A DNA stretch of 63,996 nucleotides, filler included, from Sphacelaria rigidula (taxonomy: Eukaryota), in assembly GCA_964200075.2 (NCBI GenBank). It is 3 parts of 3 records of this genome, joined end to end, with 100 filler letters (N's around TTAATTAATTAA, not from the genome) between each part and the next. Parts side by side here need not be neighbours in the genome. Positions count along the whole stretch, not along the records: positions 1 to 21,635 come from CAXNAA020000399.1; 2 more parts are not named here. One strand, 5' to 3'. Both the position numbers and the translations under genes were made by a program. Position 1 is the stretch's first letter, and each line of letters begins with the position of its first letter. The notes beneath the pieces are model-generated. The model was not told where the DNA came from and ran no database searches. It was given only the letters and a program-made list of their open reading frames with translations. Shown here one piece after another: positions 1 through 12,900 of this stretch.

Positions 1-74
1 AACGATTCATTCACTGATTGACCGCTTTTCCCTCTAAATCGTATCATCTACTCTCAATCTCACGAAAACACTGT

Positions 75-557
75 TCGAGGTAGTCATCATTACAGCCGAT
101 CATCGAAATTGAGAATGGTGCTTTTCATTGAGGATGCTCGAGACTCCAGAGGATTAAAACCTTTGTATTCACACCAAATCTTTGAAATATGGTTCCATTC
201 CTTCACCTATTGGTAGCTATTGTCAAGTACTACACGTCATACAAATTTGGATTTCGATAACCGAAACGTTGGGGTCCTACGTGAAAAATCAATTTTGGGG
301 TATTTCGGCGATCCGATAGGACCACCCAAATTCCCCAAAAGTGTATCTCCATCTAAGACTCCAACATTTCGGTTACCGAAATCCAAGTTTGGATGACGTG
401 TAGTACTTGACAATAGCTATCAATAGTTGAAGGAATGGAACCATATTTCGAAGATATGGTGTGGATACGAATATTTCAACCCTCCGGGGTCTCGAACATC
501 CTCAATGACAAGCTCCATTCTCAATTTCGATGATCGGCTGTTATCATGACCACCTCG
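75..557. mobile_element. Foldback/MITE-like element with ~200-bp inverted arms
   Basis: About 75-278 (cagccgatcatcgaaattgagaatgg...tagctattgtcaagtactacacgtcat) is the imperfect reverse complement of about 356-557 (atgacgtgtagtacttgacaatagcta...ccattctcaatttcgatgatcggctg), with a ~75-nt spacer. No coding signal. Confidence 0.75.
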
Positions 558-770
558 GTGATGATTGTGCACAAGATAGACGTACCCAAGGTAAACAAAA
601 CGGAAACGCTCGCTAGAGGGTGATAAAAGAGGGGAAAACGAGAAAATACAAAAAAGAGGAGTAAGCTGTAAAGAAAACAGTATAGTCAGAAACAAGAATA
701 AAATGAGTCAGAAAAGTGAATAAAAACGAAAGCAGATAGAGGAATAAAATAATGAGGGAAAACGACCCCG
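558..770 (-). mobile_element. RTE LINE 3' UTR remnant (5'-truncated)
   Basis: The minus strand shows a T-rich tract followed by cgagcgtttccgttttgtttaccttgggtacgtctatc, which resembles the LINE-tail remnants at about 19930-19970 and 46930-46975. Confidence 0.45.
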
Positions 771-926
771 ATGAGTAAAGTTATCCACATTTGATCGAAT
801 CAGTATAGATCATACCCCATGCTTCGACGCATGTTCGACGGTGATTGCGCAATCACTCTCCGTAGTTGTGATGTACGGGTAAGCTCTGTCCCACGGCTCT
901 GATGTGTCATGACTTTCGTTCGTCAG

Positions 927-3900
927 GCCGTACATGTATGCAAACGGCACGTGGAACTTGGATGGATTCTTGCGGTACCTGCAGGACCAAGGGGAGATCA
1001 CCATCAACGCCACCGACGATGTGCAGGTACGTGGAACAATCCATACTACGGAAGACCCACCGCATAACGAAGAAAAGTACGAAACTGTGGCAGGAAATGC
1101 TGCATTCATATCTACGAAAACGGTGTGAACCGCGCTGCCCACCGTCTCCAGGAAAATCTTGGCACGACGAGTACGTTGGTTTCACACTCTGGATGATGAC
1201 AACAGATTACACTGTCGAAAAATGTGCTGCGTACAGTATATAATCTATTGCCTATCGCAATAGACGCAATACTCGATACTGTATGCAATGCACTTTTTGA
1301 CAGTGTAGTCTATTGCCATCATCCAGGGTGTGGTTGGTTTGTCGAACACATTGCAACTTCTACCATGTAGAGTTACTGTAATGTACTGTTTCTGTTGACG
1401 GTGTTATTGCTCCCTTGACTTGTCTTGACCACACATTTGCTCATGGCTGAACCGCACTTTTTGCGTTGGTATCATAGACCATGTGATGCGCTTGGGACTC
1501 GCTCTCGTCCACGAGCAGCGATCACACTCAAGCCAGAAGCATTCCCTGTCGTGGCCAAGCAATCTCGGAGCACACTTTATCCGTGTCTGCCTCACTTTCA
1601 ACAGTTCTTGAACTCTTTTCTTCCGCTCATTACTTGTGAGGGGGGGGTTGGTTCGCTGTGCGTAATTTATCCCATTTCTTCGTCGAATTCCGCACAATGC
1701 CCCCTTGCAAACATAAAAAACGTGCGCAGGCGACGAAGGATGAAAATTCTTCTTCCGCGTCTTCGGCAGAATCCGAGGGCTCGAGTGGCAGTTCATCGTC
1801 GACCGAGGTTCTTTCGTCAGGGAGCGAAATCGGCTCTTCGGTCTCGGAGGACAGCGGAGAGGGGGAGGTCAACGAACGCCGGTTGATGCTCGGACTCAAG
1901 ATGGATGGTTTCGATAAGGCTATCAAGGTAAAACTAGGGCAAGCGGGGCGTATATACTGTGTACGGTGCGTGTGGACATTTGTGCGATTTTTCGAAGACT
2001 GTTCGAGAAGGGAGCGCACCAGCTCCACGTCCGCGAGAAAAGCGAGAAGAAAGATAGTGGGTGTCTATTCTGTGCAGGGTTTTGCAGGGGGTGGGCATGA
2101 TGATCACACGGGGTTTGTGGGATGCAGACTTCCTGCAATTTGTGACGTGGAAAGGGTGAAACCTCATCAGAGTAGAATGGCAAAGTCTTGGCTTACGGTC
2201 TTGGTACAAATTGGTTTGGCTCGGGCTCGCCTCAGTTTAGACCGCCGGAAGTAGTGTCTTCGTCGACCCTCGACTGACAAGTGCTGCAAAAACAACTGAA
2301 CCGGGGCAAACAGAACAAATCCTGGGCGAACTCCGAGCTGTGTGTCAGTATTGCCATGTTGAACAAATCGCCGCGACGGCATGTTTTTGCCCAGACACCA
2401 TCGGCGCTGGAGCAATACGGCCTAAAACCACGTCCAAGTTGTTCACTCTTGAGAGTAGGTACGATTGCGTATCACCTGATAGAACGCTACGTTTGACGCG
2501 ATGCAGGAAATCGCTTGCACAATTAGGCCGGCTGGGAAGTCCTGCGAGTGCATGGGCTGCAGCCAATATCGTCGAAACAAGGCAGGATGCGGTGAGGCTT
2601 CGGCGGTGATAGCACACAGCCTCCAGGTGCGCGTTTGTATTGAAACTGCCAGAGGTATGTGTAGCGTAGGAACGTCATTTTGCCAAGAGGCAGCCTTGGA
2701 TAGTACATTTCGAAGTGTCATTTCCTCTTCCTTCACCTCACACACGTTCGTGCACCAAGAGTCTCGTGTGCCTCTCTACTTATCGAGGAGAGGTACGTAA
2801 TGCAGAACTCGCTCAACCATGTCTTCGGTGTCAGGGTACGTTTTCGGAAACCTACGAGCTCCTTCTCATCTCCCCAGCCTCGACGGTCCACTTGGAATGG
2901 AAATGATAGCCAAATATGTCCAAATGCAATCGCCAGCAAATTCACGTTGCATCGTGGTGACACTAGCACGTCGTCGCACCGTCGGTAAAACTGATTCCCG
3001 ATCGGCCTTTGCAACACCGAGAGAACTGTGTACACACGTCTATTTTGCTCTGCACCCACTCATGAAACGAGCAGGACGTGAAGGAACTTCACGTCAGAAA
3101 CGAAGATCATGCTCAATGGGCAGTCGTGCGGTTATATCACGAGATAATGGCCCCCGCTGCAGCGACACTGTTCGGTACCAAGGTGCGAGATGGGGTTATG
3201 CCCCAGCGCTGATTGAAGTTCTGTCAACTTGACTACGCCAGGCGCAACGTCACTTTTTGCATCGTTTGGGTGGGATCACTGATCTGTATCACATACTATC
3301 GGCTGCCAAACTGCAGTACATGAATATCCTCAGGCTTCCCCAATTATCTAGTGGCCTTCAGCGACACAGCGCAGTAGCAATGCATGCCAAAACGGCCAAC
3401 GACTTTTAGAAGGGGATATGTCATTTATCTTCGATCAGTGCGACACACTCAAGAGGCGTATTAGTAGCGTCTACTTGCAAACGGCGGAAACGTCGAAAGG
3501 TAGGTCTACGTTCAGTCAGATCTCTCTCGAGTACCGCACGCAAGTCTGACGTTTCATGATAGAATTTGAGCACATGCTAAACTCATCTTCGAACCTTCCA
3601 CATCGCTTCTACACCACCGCACTTACCAACACTAACATGTGGCGGCAAGGCTTGCGCTGCGAAAACTGTGTTCGGAGCTGCTCTCATCAGCCCATCAGCA
3701 CGGAAAATCTTCTGCGATAACGACCAGGTAATACCCTTCCGTATAGAAGCAATTCCCTATTACTTTTCATAGTCGCATCGAGAACGCCAGGAATAAAGTT
3801 AAACTAACACGAAGCAATGGGTACTTATTTCTCGGACCCACCCTACGATAGAGGACGCGGAGGGGGGCATTGATTGTACGAAACATAGGAGTTCATGAGT

Positions 3901-6900
3901 ATGAACAACCCTGTATAATTATTACGGGCTTGTATGTGGGTGGAACCGTTGTCAAGCGGTGTGAACAAGCGTGTTCTGCTGATACTGAGCGCATTCACAT
4001 TAAATTGTTTTCTACGTCGACGCCTCAAGCGGCTGACTGACTTCTTCATGCAAAAAGTGGCTCGTAATACCTCCCATGAGCACCCCCCCCCCCCCCCCCC
4101 ACCCCCCCCCCCCCCGCCCCCCACCCACCCCCCACTCACCCCCACCCCNNNNNNNNNNCCCCACAACGGCTCCCTGCCTTCTTTACTCCAAACTTCGCCC
4201 CTCAAACCCCCCCCCCGCCCCCCCCCCCCCCCCCCCCCCCCCTCCCCATCCTGGATCACTCCTTATACCCTGTTTTTGTTTTCACGCGCTGTTTCTCTTC
4301 TGTTTATGCGATCTGATTTGTGTCCGTTCAGCTGCTGCGAGAGATATTTTTGACCCTGGTCGCTAGACAGAAGGACAGGAACATAATTGCGAGCATTCCA
4401 GCGGCCGCTGCCGAAAATAGTGCGGGCACTGGTGCTGACCCGCAATCTGTTTTGAGTGGTATCCGCCAAGAGTGCAGGTGGGCCCCACGTACAGGTTTCC
4501 TCCTGATTTCGGCAGGGTTGGCCTCTCAGGGACGTGCTCCACAATACATGTGCTTCCCAGTAGACCCGCGACACAAGCACCTTCGCAATTTACTCCGGAT
4601 CATTTTTTGCGTACTGAGATTGTTCGACCTGTACAGTCGAAGTCAGCACTCGTGAAAAACGACTATATTCTTGTAGGAGCTGCTACTTATCGCTTGTCGT
4701 GCCTTGCCCAAAAATGCGCCGACTGGACTTATGTCAGAGATATTGTCGCATTCATGTATTTTTCCCATATTGACTAGACAGCGCATGCTCTCACCATTTC
4801 CTCAGAGACATTGGCTTCGGGCGTACGTGGGACCAGCACGTGATAGCCGACCAGGGCAGAGTGGGGTATTTTGAGGTCCTGCGTTTTTGCTGGTGAGCGC
4901 CAAGCAGGAAGCCATGCAACGCGGACAGTCGATTGAGGTTCGCCAACACAGCTCGCCACACAACGAATGATTGAAGCGACAATGTAGGAAGATGCGTGTA
5001 CGACGAGTAGCACACGTGACACAGCATCATTCTACGTGCAACCTTGTCGTGGACCCAAGCATGAGCAAACATTTTGGGTAGGTTGTCGTACAAATACAAT
5101 GAAAACGTATTGAGCTCGACATAAAACATGCCTGAGCCCAGCATGGAAACTTTGGTGTTCTTGAGAAGCAGGATGTTGGCGTTTTGAAGGTATCGATCGC
5201 TCATTCCCTCATTTAATTTTGGTCGTTGTGAGCATACGAGTCCGTGAACATATAACCCATGCAAAATCCTGTTGTCCCTGTCCAACGGCTGTTTTGCTTT
5301 TCGTTTCCTCATCCACACTGCTTCAAGGGACTACGGTCTATACCCAACTATACCGAACAGCGGAGAAAGCAACTTCTTCCTGACGCTTCTCTTCGTGGGG
5401 GCGTTGCATGGTGCGGTTAGGTAATATATACACCGGTATTTGCGCATGAACGTGCATCTGGCCAGGAGGATTATCTTGATAGTAGCGGTCGCAAACGAGC
5501 TACGATTTATATGCTACCGCCAGTTCCTTTATCGTTTGTCCGGGTGGAGAATAATGCTTCACTCTACAGCATGTGTGCATACGTCCCAGGGCGCGGGAAA
5601 TGATGGACTCAGAGTGTTCTTTGCACGGGTGTAAATGTTTCAACACTTGCTGGGTCCTACGATTACATTTCCTGTGCCCGCCTAAGCAAGGTGTTGGGGG
5701 CGCCGTTCGAACTTCCGCATTAATATGAACGGAAGAGGCAGTTTTCGCGGCATGAACCAGCAGAAATGTCGGATACCGTGGTTGCGATCATCTCACGTCC
5801 CACGCTTTGCCTCTCACACTGCCCCTCAATCCTGCAATATCCTGCAAAATCACGTGTTCAACCCATGATGATGCAATCCACCGGCCAAGGGTTATCGCCG
5901 ACGAAGAGAACGACATCAGCGCTGCTACCAGCCAGGAGGGACCAATGCCGCGACTTCGAGCTCTCGTGGCGGAGGCCGATGTGGATGAATGGCTGTCAAT
6001 TAGTAAGGTAGACGCACTTTAAGAAGGCACGTTGCAGTGCCACATCATGCCGTCGAAATATGGACATCATGTAGGGTGTACAGCGTGGACGTTGTTGTTT
6101 GGTTCACAAGTCTTCTTCAAGTCTGGGCGAGTGTGAGCTCTTCCAGTAAGGTACCGTAATTGGCGTCGAAGACTCCAGCCCATCCCGGCCGTTGGCTGCG
6201 AATGTTCGCGTTTCCTTCAGCTTGATCGACTGGTGCGCTCGGGCGATCCCAGCCTAATGAGGCGGATGTCGCAGCTATCTAAGAGCGGCGGCAAGATTTC
6301 TACGGCTAAGGTCCAGGAATGCTTTTGCGAGTTCACAGATGATTCGAACGGAAGACTGTCTCCAGGTACGTATTTGCAGGCTTCTTTCTCCTCCCTCCCA
6401 CCTTTCGTGTGGCACACTGTTTTTGTACAAATATTGCCATGATCTTGAGATGTTACGACAACCACTGGGCTAAACAGTGAGTGCGTCAAACAGTCTGAAC
6501 AGTGAGTGCTGCCTCTTCAACCTGGTGGCTGTTTCGACGTCGCAACGACAGTTTGCCCCAGAAGTAACGACAGGCGCAATACACATGCAATACACATTCT
6601 CCGGCCGAGAGTAGCGCTGATGACGGAGCCGGAAACGCTAGAGTCTGAAAAAGAAACGCTAGAGTCTCCGTCATGGTCCAAAAGGTCAACAACTTGAAGG
6701 GCCTCAGGATGGCATTTTGTCGGAATATCACGAAAGTCACTGAGCTCACCGCGATTAGGAAGCCATGCAACGCGGACAGTTGATTAAGTTTCTTGAGGTT
6801 TCGCTCCGACTACTAATGTGCACACGACTCTTCTTGAGTGAACTCGAGATATTATTGTGGTAGGATGGTTCTGCTGCGTTTTGAACGCACCTGGGAACAC

Positions 6901-9900
6901 AAACTATCATGTGTAGTCGTCTACACCCCCAATGAACAGAGTTGAGGACGCCATGTCTCGACCATCAATATAATTTGGACCTTGGATGACTGATTGGCAC
7001 AACCGAGCATCATCTATTGCCTGAGAGCACAAGGCACTGAGGGTACGCCTATATAATTCTTTGGCATGTGTTGGTTTTGTTTGGTTCAGTGGTTGATGAT
7101 AAGACACATGTTTTCGCATATTACTGATTACTGTGACCCTTCGATCAAGGAGGGATGTCGTGACATCCGAGAGTACAACCTATATTTTTCTCGAGGTACT
7201 TGGTTTTAGCAAGATGCGGTACATCATGAAAATTATCAACTGAACGAGAACAACTATAAATCGATCATATGCAAGCATCTCTTCTACTACCCGGCAAATT
7301 CTGATTCAGTGGGAACAGTGACGTACCACAGACCTAAGCGTAAGATGCGCAGGGGTTGTCGTACTAACCGACCGTATTGCGTAGAGCTGGGCGGGTCATC
7401 CTAGGATGCGTGCATCTTTCCCGTGATTAAAAGATAGTTACAACCCCCGCTGTCCCAATCTCGCACGTTACTCTCCCATAGGACTCTTCTTTTTAACTGA
7501 TTTGGCCGAATATGCCCCGCCTAAATGATCTGAATTTACATTTTGCCTAGCAACGCACTTTGACGTAACACTCACTGTGTACACTACACAGCCCTTCACC
7601 AGATTGTCGGCCTAGTTCAAACCCTAAATGTTTGCTAAGTGATTATTTCCACGTCCCAACAAATGTTCACTCTGGGGCCCTTCAAATCTATATACTTTCG
7701 GATTCCGATGTTTAATCCACGTTTTATAGATGAAAAGGTTGTCGCCTGTATGATCAGCGCTGCTCTTAACCTCATCTCGAGATGCCACACAGAATTTTAA
7801 TGCGCTATTTCTTGCCCAGAGCGTGTGTGCCAAGGAATATCGGAATATTAGATTGGTCTTCAAGAGCTGTCACAGAAACTACCTTGCTCAACAGTTAGCC
7901 TTGTAGGTCAGTGGCTATGATGACATCTCATCTCTCAGCATAGCGCGTGGGCTCTTCAGCGCGGGGGTTATGTCACTGTGTCATCCCAACATAGGCAACA
8001 TCGGAGGATCGATTCTTCCTGAATAAGTTCTTGTCGGTTACTCTAATGAGCGAAAACATACTCAGGTACGCCCCTGAAGGTCAGAGGTGCATTCGTTTTC
8101 GGCATAATAAGCCGCAGTGAGTATGTATGACTTCGTAAGTTTGCGTCGAGAGTATCCTTGGTTATTATGGCGGCGGTCCTGGAGTAAACGTCAGCGTCCG
8201 ATAGCGTAACGACCTTTTGCTCAGATATCACGGTATTAACTGAGCTAAACAGTCAGCGCTGCCTGTTCACACCGGTGGCTTCTGTGAAATCTCAACACAG
8301 ATCGACCCAAAGGCCACACATGTCGTGCATTATGTAAATGACGAACTTCCGTTGGGTACCTGACCTTTTCCTGTCACATTTATTCATTGAAACCATTCAT
8401 TGAAACCAGCGCTGCACGTTGTTCGTGTAACGCACCTCCAACGGTACAACTTGCGTCTGCACGGAAGCAGGAGTGCTATTTACAGCTGCTCAGGAGATGG
8501 AGCGGTTTGTTCGGGCCGCAGGTACCGGTGATACTGCTACAGTACGCATCTTTTTTCGGTCGATAGCGCATGCGTGCGTCCTGTCCCAGGCGGTGAGCTA
8601 CCACACGAAGTCACAACGTTGTCTCCGAGAATATGGCAACGAACTATGGCAATGAACTTAATGGAGAGAGCAGAGCCTCGGTACCAAGGAGAGCACTGCA
8701 TTCTCGTGCTAGCTGCATCTGAGATGTCAATCGGGGACCTCAGATCATTTTGTCGGATATTGGGATATCCCAAACGGATATTCATCTGGGGTTCTGACAT
8801 TGATCTAGGACATATATTTGGAGTCGGAGACCCGTATGAGACACCCATCTGAGATGATGGTGTCCATCTGAGAGGCGGGTGTCTACCTGGGATTTAAATT
8901 TCCACGCGGAAATCCACCTGAGATGTCTAAGATATGGACATCCATCGAGAACATCCACCCGGGACAATGCTATTTATTGAAGCGATGGGCGTGCACATGA
9001 AAAATCGACATCCACCCGGGAAATCTGGGATATCCCAGGATCACTTTGCGATATCCGCCTTGGTTATCTTTTGAGACATGGGTAACCATGATCTAGGATG
9101 CCCATGTAAGACCCGGGCACCCCTTTGAGCATCTATTCGGGACAAAAACGTCCACCTCGAACGACTCAGCTTAGTTTGCCTTGTCGGTTATTTATTTCTG
9201 CTTGCAGCTCCCTATAGTACTTAGAATCCAACCCGATCTCAAGCTCGAACCGATACCCTACACCTTACCACAACTCGTGGGCAACGTATGTTCGAGATAG
9301 TGCGCGCTGGTAGAGCGCAGTGCAGCACGCGCTGAATCATGCATCTGGAATAGCATGTAGGGCAAAGCACAACGCAGGGTACGCTGGTAGGGCATATATT
9401 TAATTAGCGCGCCTTGATGTAGAGTTGTGCCGTGCACGTAGAAAGGGATATAGATAGATAGATATCCCAGGTGGATGTGAGATCCCAGATTAGCCTTCTG
9501 GATGGACGTAAAGTTTCAGCCAGAAACCTCAGATGGATGTAAAGTCCCAAACAGAGCCTGCGCAAGAATGCAAGACGGATGGTGCCTCCATCACCAGCGT
9601 CATCACTGGGTGGCAAGCAAAGGATACGTTCGTCGTGTTACACACCTTCACTCACTTACTACATCTATTCCTCCTGGCCCTGGTTTAATTCCACCGAGCA
9701 GGTGACTGAAGGTCGGCTGACCTATGGGCAGTTTTCTATATTCATCGCGGGCTTATCGCAGCTACAACCCGAACTTAACTCCAAATGGCGCAGGATGGTG
9801 AGACACTCGGCAGTCGGCAATAGCTCGACGGGCGAAGATATGGGTATAGCACAATTGTAGGGGTACGGCACGGCCCTTGTTTGTCGTTCATGTTTGGTTT

Positions 9901-12900
9901 GAATAAAGTCAAACGTTGCGAGCCAAGTGGGGTACGAGGAATCGTCAGCCGCAATTGCACTCTCGTTCTCTTGGCACACCCGATCCGTAGGTACTACACG
10001 GCATCGGAGCGCAGTCCAATGCTGCTATCGGGCATTGCATGGCGCGATTGATGGTCGTCCTTGAAAGCGTTAATGTACAAGTTGGCAGGAACGGAGTGCG
10101 GAATGAGGTACGGGCGAGCTATAACGCCGTCAGGAGACGTGGCCGATTGAACGGGTATTAATCCCTATGCGGATCAATCCATGTCATATGTTTTACGCCC
10201 GAGTGTGCTTGGTCTACTTTAGAGTACTCATTTTCTGAAACTTACCTTCGTGCGGTTGCGTCAGCTTCGCACTGCGTACTTCGCAACAAAAGGTCAGGGA
10301 CAACGCGGCCGACGATCACCGACTAGCATCCAATCTCGTCGTGTGACCGAACCGCTTCAGAACGTTCTCGATTGGTTGCACAGCATATTGGGCAAATAGC
10401 AATATTACTTGAGGTTTGGGCGTATTCAATTCCCTATTTGAACGGCGACACCGCAGTGTACTTCTATCGCCAATTGTTCTTCCATTTTGACGCGTTCCGT
10501 CGCTTGTTCTGTGCTCCCGCCCTGTGTTTTCATTCGACCGGAAATTGAAGAGAAAATGGCAGTCGATCACAGGACGAGCAACACCTGCCTCTCTCCGAAA
10601 GCGTTCTCGCACCCACAAGCCGACACTCGTTGCAGTGCAACGCGAAACACTCAGACGTGTAGGCTGTGTCTTGACGAGCGGGAGACTCGGTCAGTCCCCG
10701 ACGCTATCGAGGTCAGCGTTAGATTGGATATTGTGCTTTCAACATTGTATTACATAATATTGTAATCAAGGTCAGCGTAAGATGAGATTAGAAGATGTAC
10801 ACAGTGACCCATTGAGTTGCACACCTTCACCTGCGCCAAGCGCTCCATCATTCGAATGACTTCAGCTTATTCGGCGCACTCGTATCCCAGCAAAAGAGAG
10901 AACCTTGCTCATCGGTTTTTCACCTGACTTACTTTTGGTCTCATAGACCCACGGCCACCGACATCAATACCGTCGGTGATGCGAGGCCCTCGCCTGTGGT
11001 ACGGAGTTCTGCCAGGAGCGGGAAAGTCCTTGTCAACCGCAACGGCATGGCAAAATCCACGCCAGGCCAATTCCCCGTCAGAAAAGAGCTAGCAAGCAAT
11101 CTACCTGAATTGGGATCTTCAGAATCGGAGAGCGAAACCGAGGATACGATACGCGCGATGTCCCCCTCGACGATAGGTCGACCACGAAATCAAGTGAGCA
11201 CGGTTTAGCATGTACTTGGGAATTGGATATCGTCAACCTGGAGATGTGTGTTCAGAAGATGATTGCTGACGAAATCGCATCATGCACTCGCGGACGCTAT
11301 GATGATACTGAGCTCTAAGAGAGCTATTCGAATGTTCTTGTGGTGTCGGGCAATACGTCATGGACGGCGGCTTGGTCGGATGGCCTATGCTGGGTAGTAG
11401 GTCGGGATGAAGATGAACGTCCACGAGGAGCTTAATGACCTGCTGCGGATCATCTTCGCGCGGTATGCGGCGCTGGAACCGAGTGATACTGGGGGTTCCG
11501 GTACCTCAGGAGATCAAGCAAACACAGGTCGAAAAAGTATCCTACTCAACCTAATCCGTAGATCAGGCTAGCTCTCAGGCAAAATTCAGCTCCACTCAAA
11601 GCGCGCCCGTATCAGTCTCTCGCAGTAGTCGGCTACGTGCACTTTTGATAGCAATAGCCGTTCGGAATATTATCTGTATCGCGTGACCCACACAGGTTCC
11701 CGTCTTTGAAACTTCCGATATGCCGAAGGTGGGGGTAAAAACGCGTAGGACTCAAGCAGATACATATCATAGTCCAACTATCAATCCACAGGCGGACTGG
11801 GTCTTGGATAGGTATCAGCCCTGGACACAAAAGACATGTCTGCGATGCCGAACAAAACGCACCTATTGAATAAGATCAACATAGTGACGGTTTGTGTCAC
11901 GTCTAAAGTACTCGCCCCGAAATATGACGCCAATCACTCCCAATTCGATGAGCATAAATAGGATCTAATCGTTTGGGAACCATGCCATGCGAAGTACGAG
12001 TAATAGCGTGCTGACTCAGTTGAAACAAGGAACATAAAGCCGATAGTTGCCTGAGACTGGCAGGTGGCAATAATCTTGTCAACACCATTTTTTCCCCTTT
12101 GCCATTTGCAGTTTCAATCGTAAAGACATCAGCGTTGTCCGTAGACGGTCTTCTGGTCTTCATCAGCGACACAAACGTCTTTCCGAGGCTCAATTTCAAG
12201 GTGAGTTCATGGCCAACTGACACCTGACGAAGTGTGATGTTCTGCTCCTCCATAGCAAAGAGGTGGCGTGCGATGATGTTCATTTTATCTGAACTGACCA
12301 ATTACAACGAAAGCACAGAGCAATGCGTTTAGTGTGAACAGCGAAGCCACGGACTTTGCAACAGCAACCAGATGTGAACAATAAAAAAATCGCGATTGAG
12401 CCGTATTCGAACTCAGCTAATACTGGCGAGCGCACGTTGCTGATTCGCCCCCCGTTCAGACCATTAGAGCCGTAGCGACAGCGGAGGCGAGCAACCGATG
12501 TTTTCTTGCAAACGAGCGTTACTCTGACGGAATTCAGTCTCTTCGGCTCGACATAGACTGCTTTGTGAGAGTGTGCCTACAGCTCCTCCGACACAACTGC
12601 TTGGTCAAGGTAGGTCAATGGACGGCAAGAGCATTGTACGAGCGTGTATTGCGACGTGGTGCTAGGGGCGTGTTGAGTTTGTTGAACAGCCGAAAAGCCG
12701 GCCTTTCAGCCACACACACGTGACACACTGCAGCAGAAAGACCGATATTTTAGCCACACACATACGACACACATACCCCACCGTAACAGTAGTACGAAGC
12801 AAAGGTGCTGAAAATCACCACGTGTGTGCAACTCCGCCTTCTTTATCGACTTCATTGCGAATGATAGGCGATGGGTTTCCAGCACCGTGTCACAGCCCTG

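Noticed and set aside
3843-4366. Proline-rich/extensin-like or glycine-rich proteins from the ORF track
   Set aside because: These are translations of a poly-C tract spanning an N gap inside an intron.
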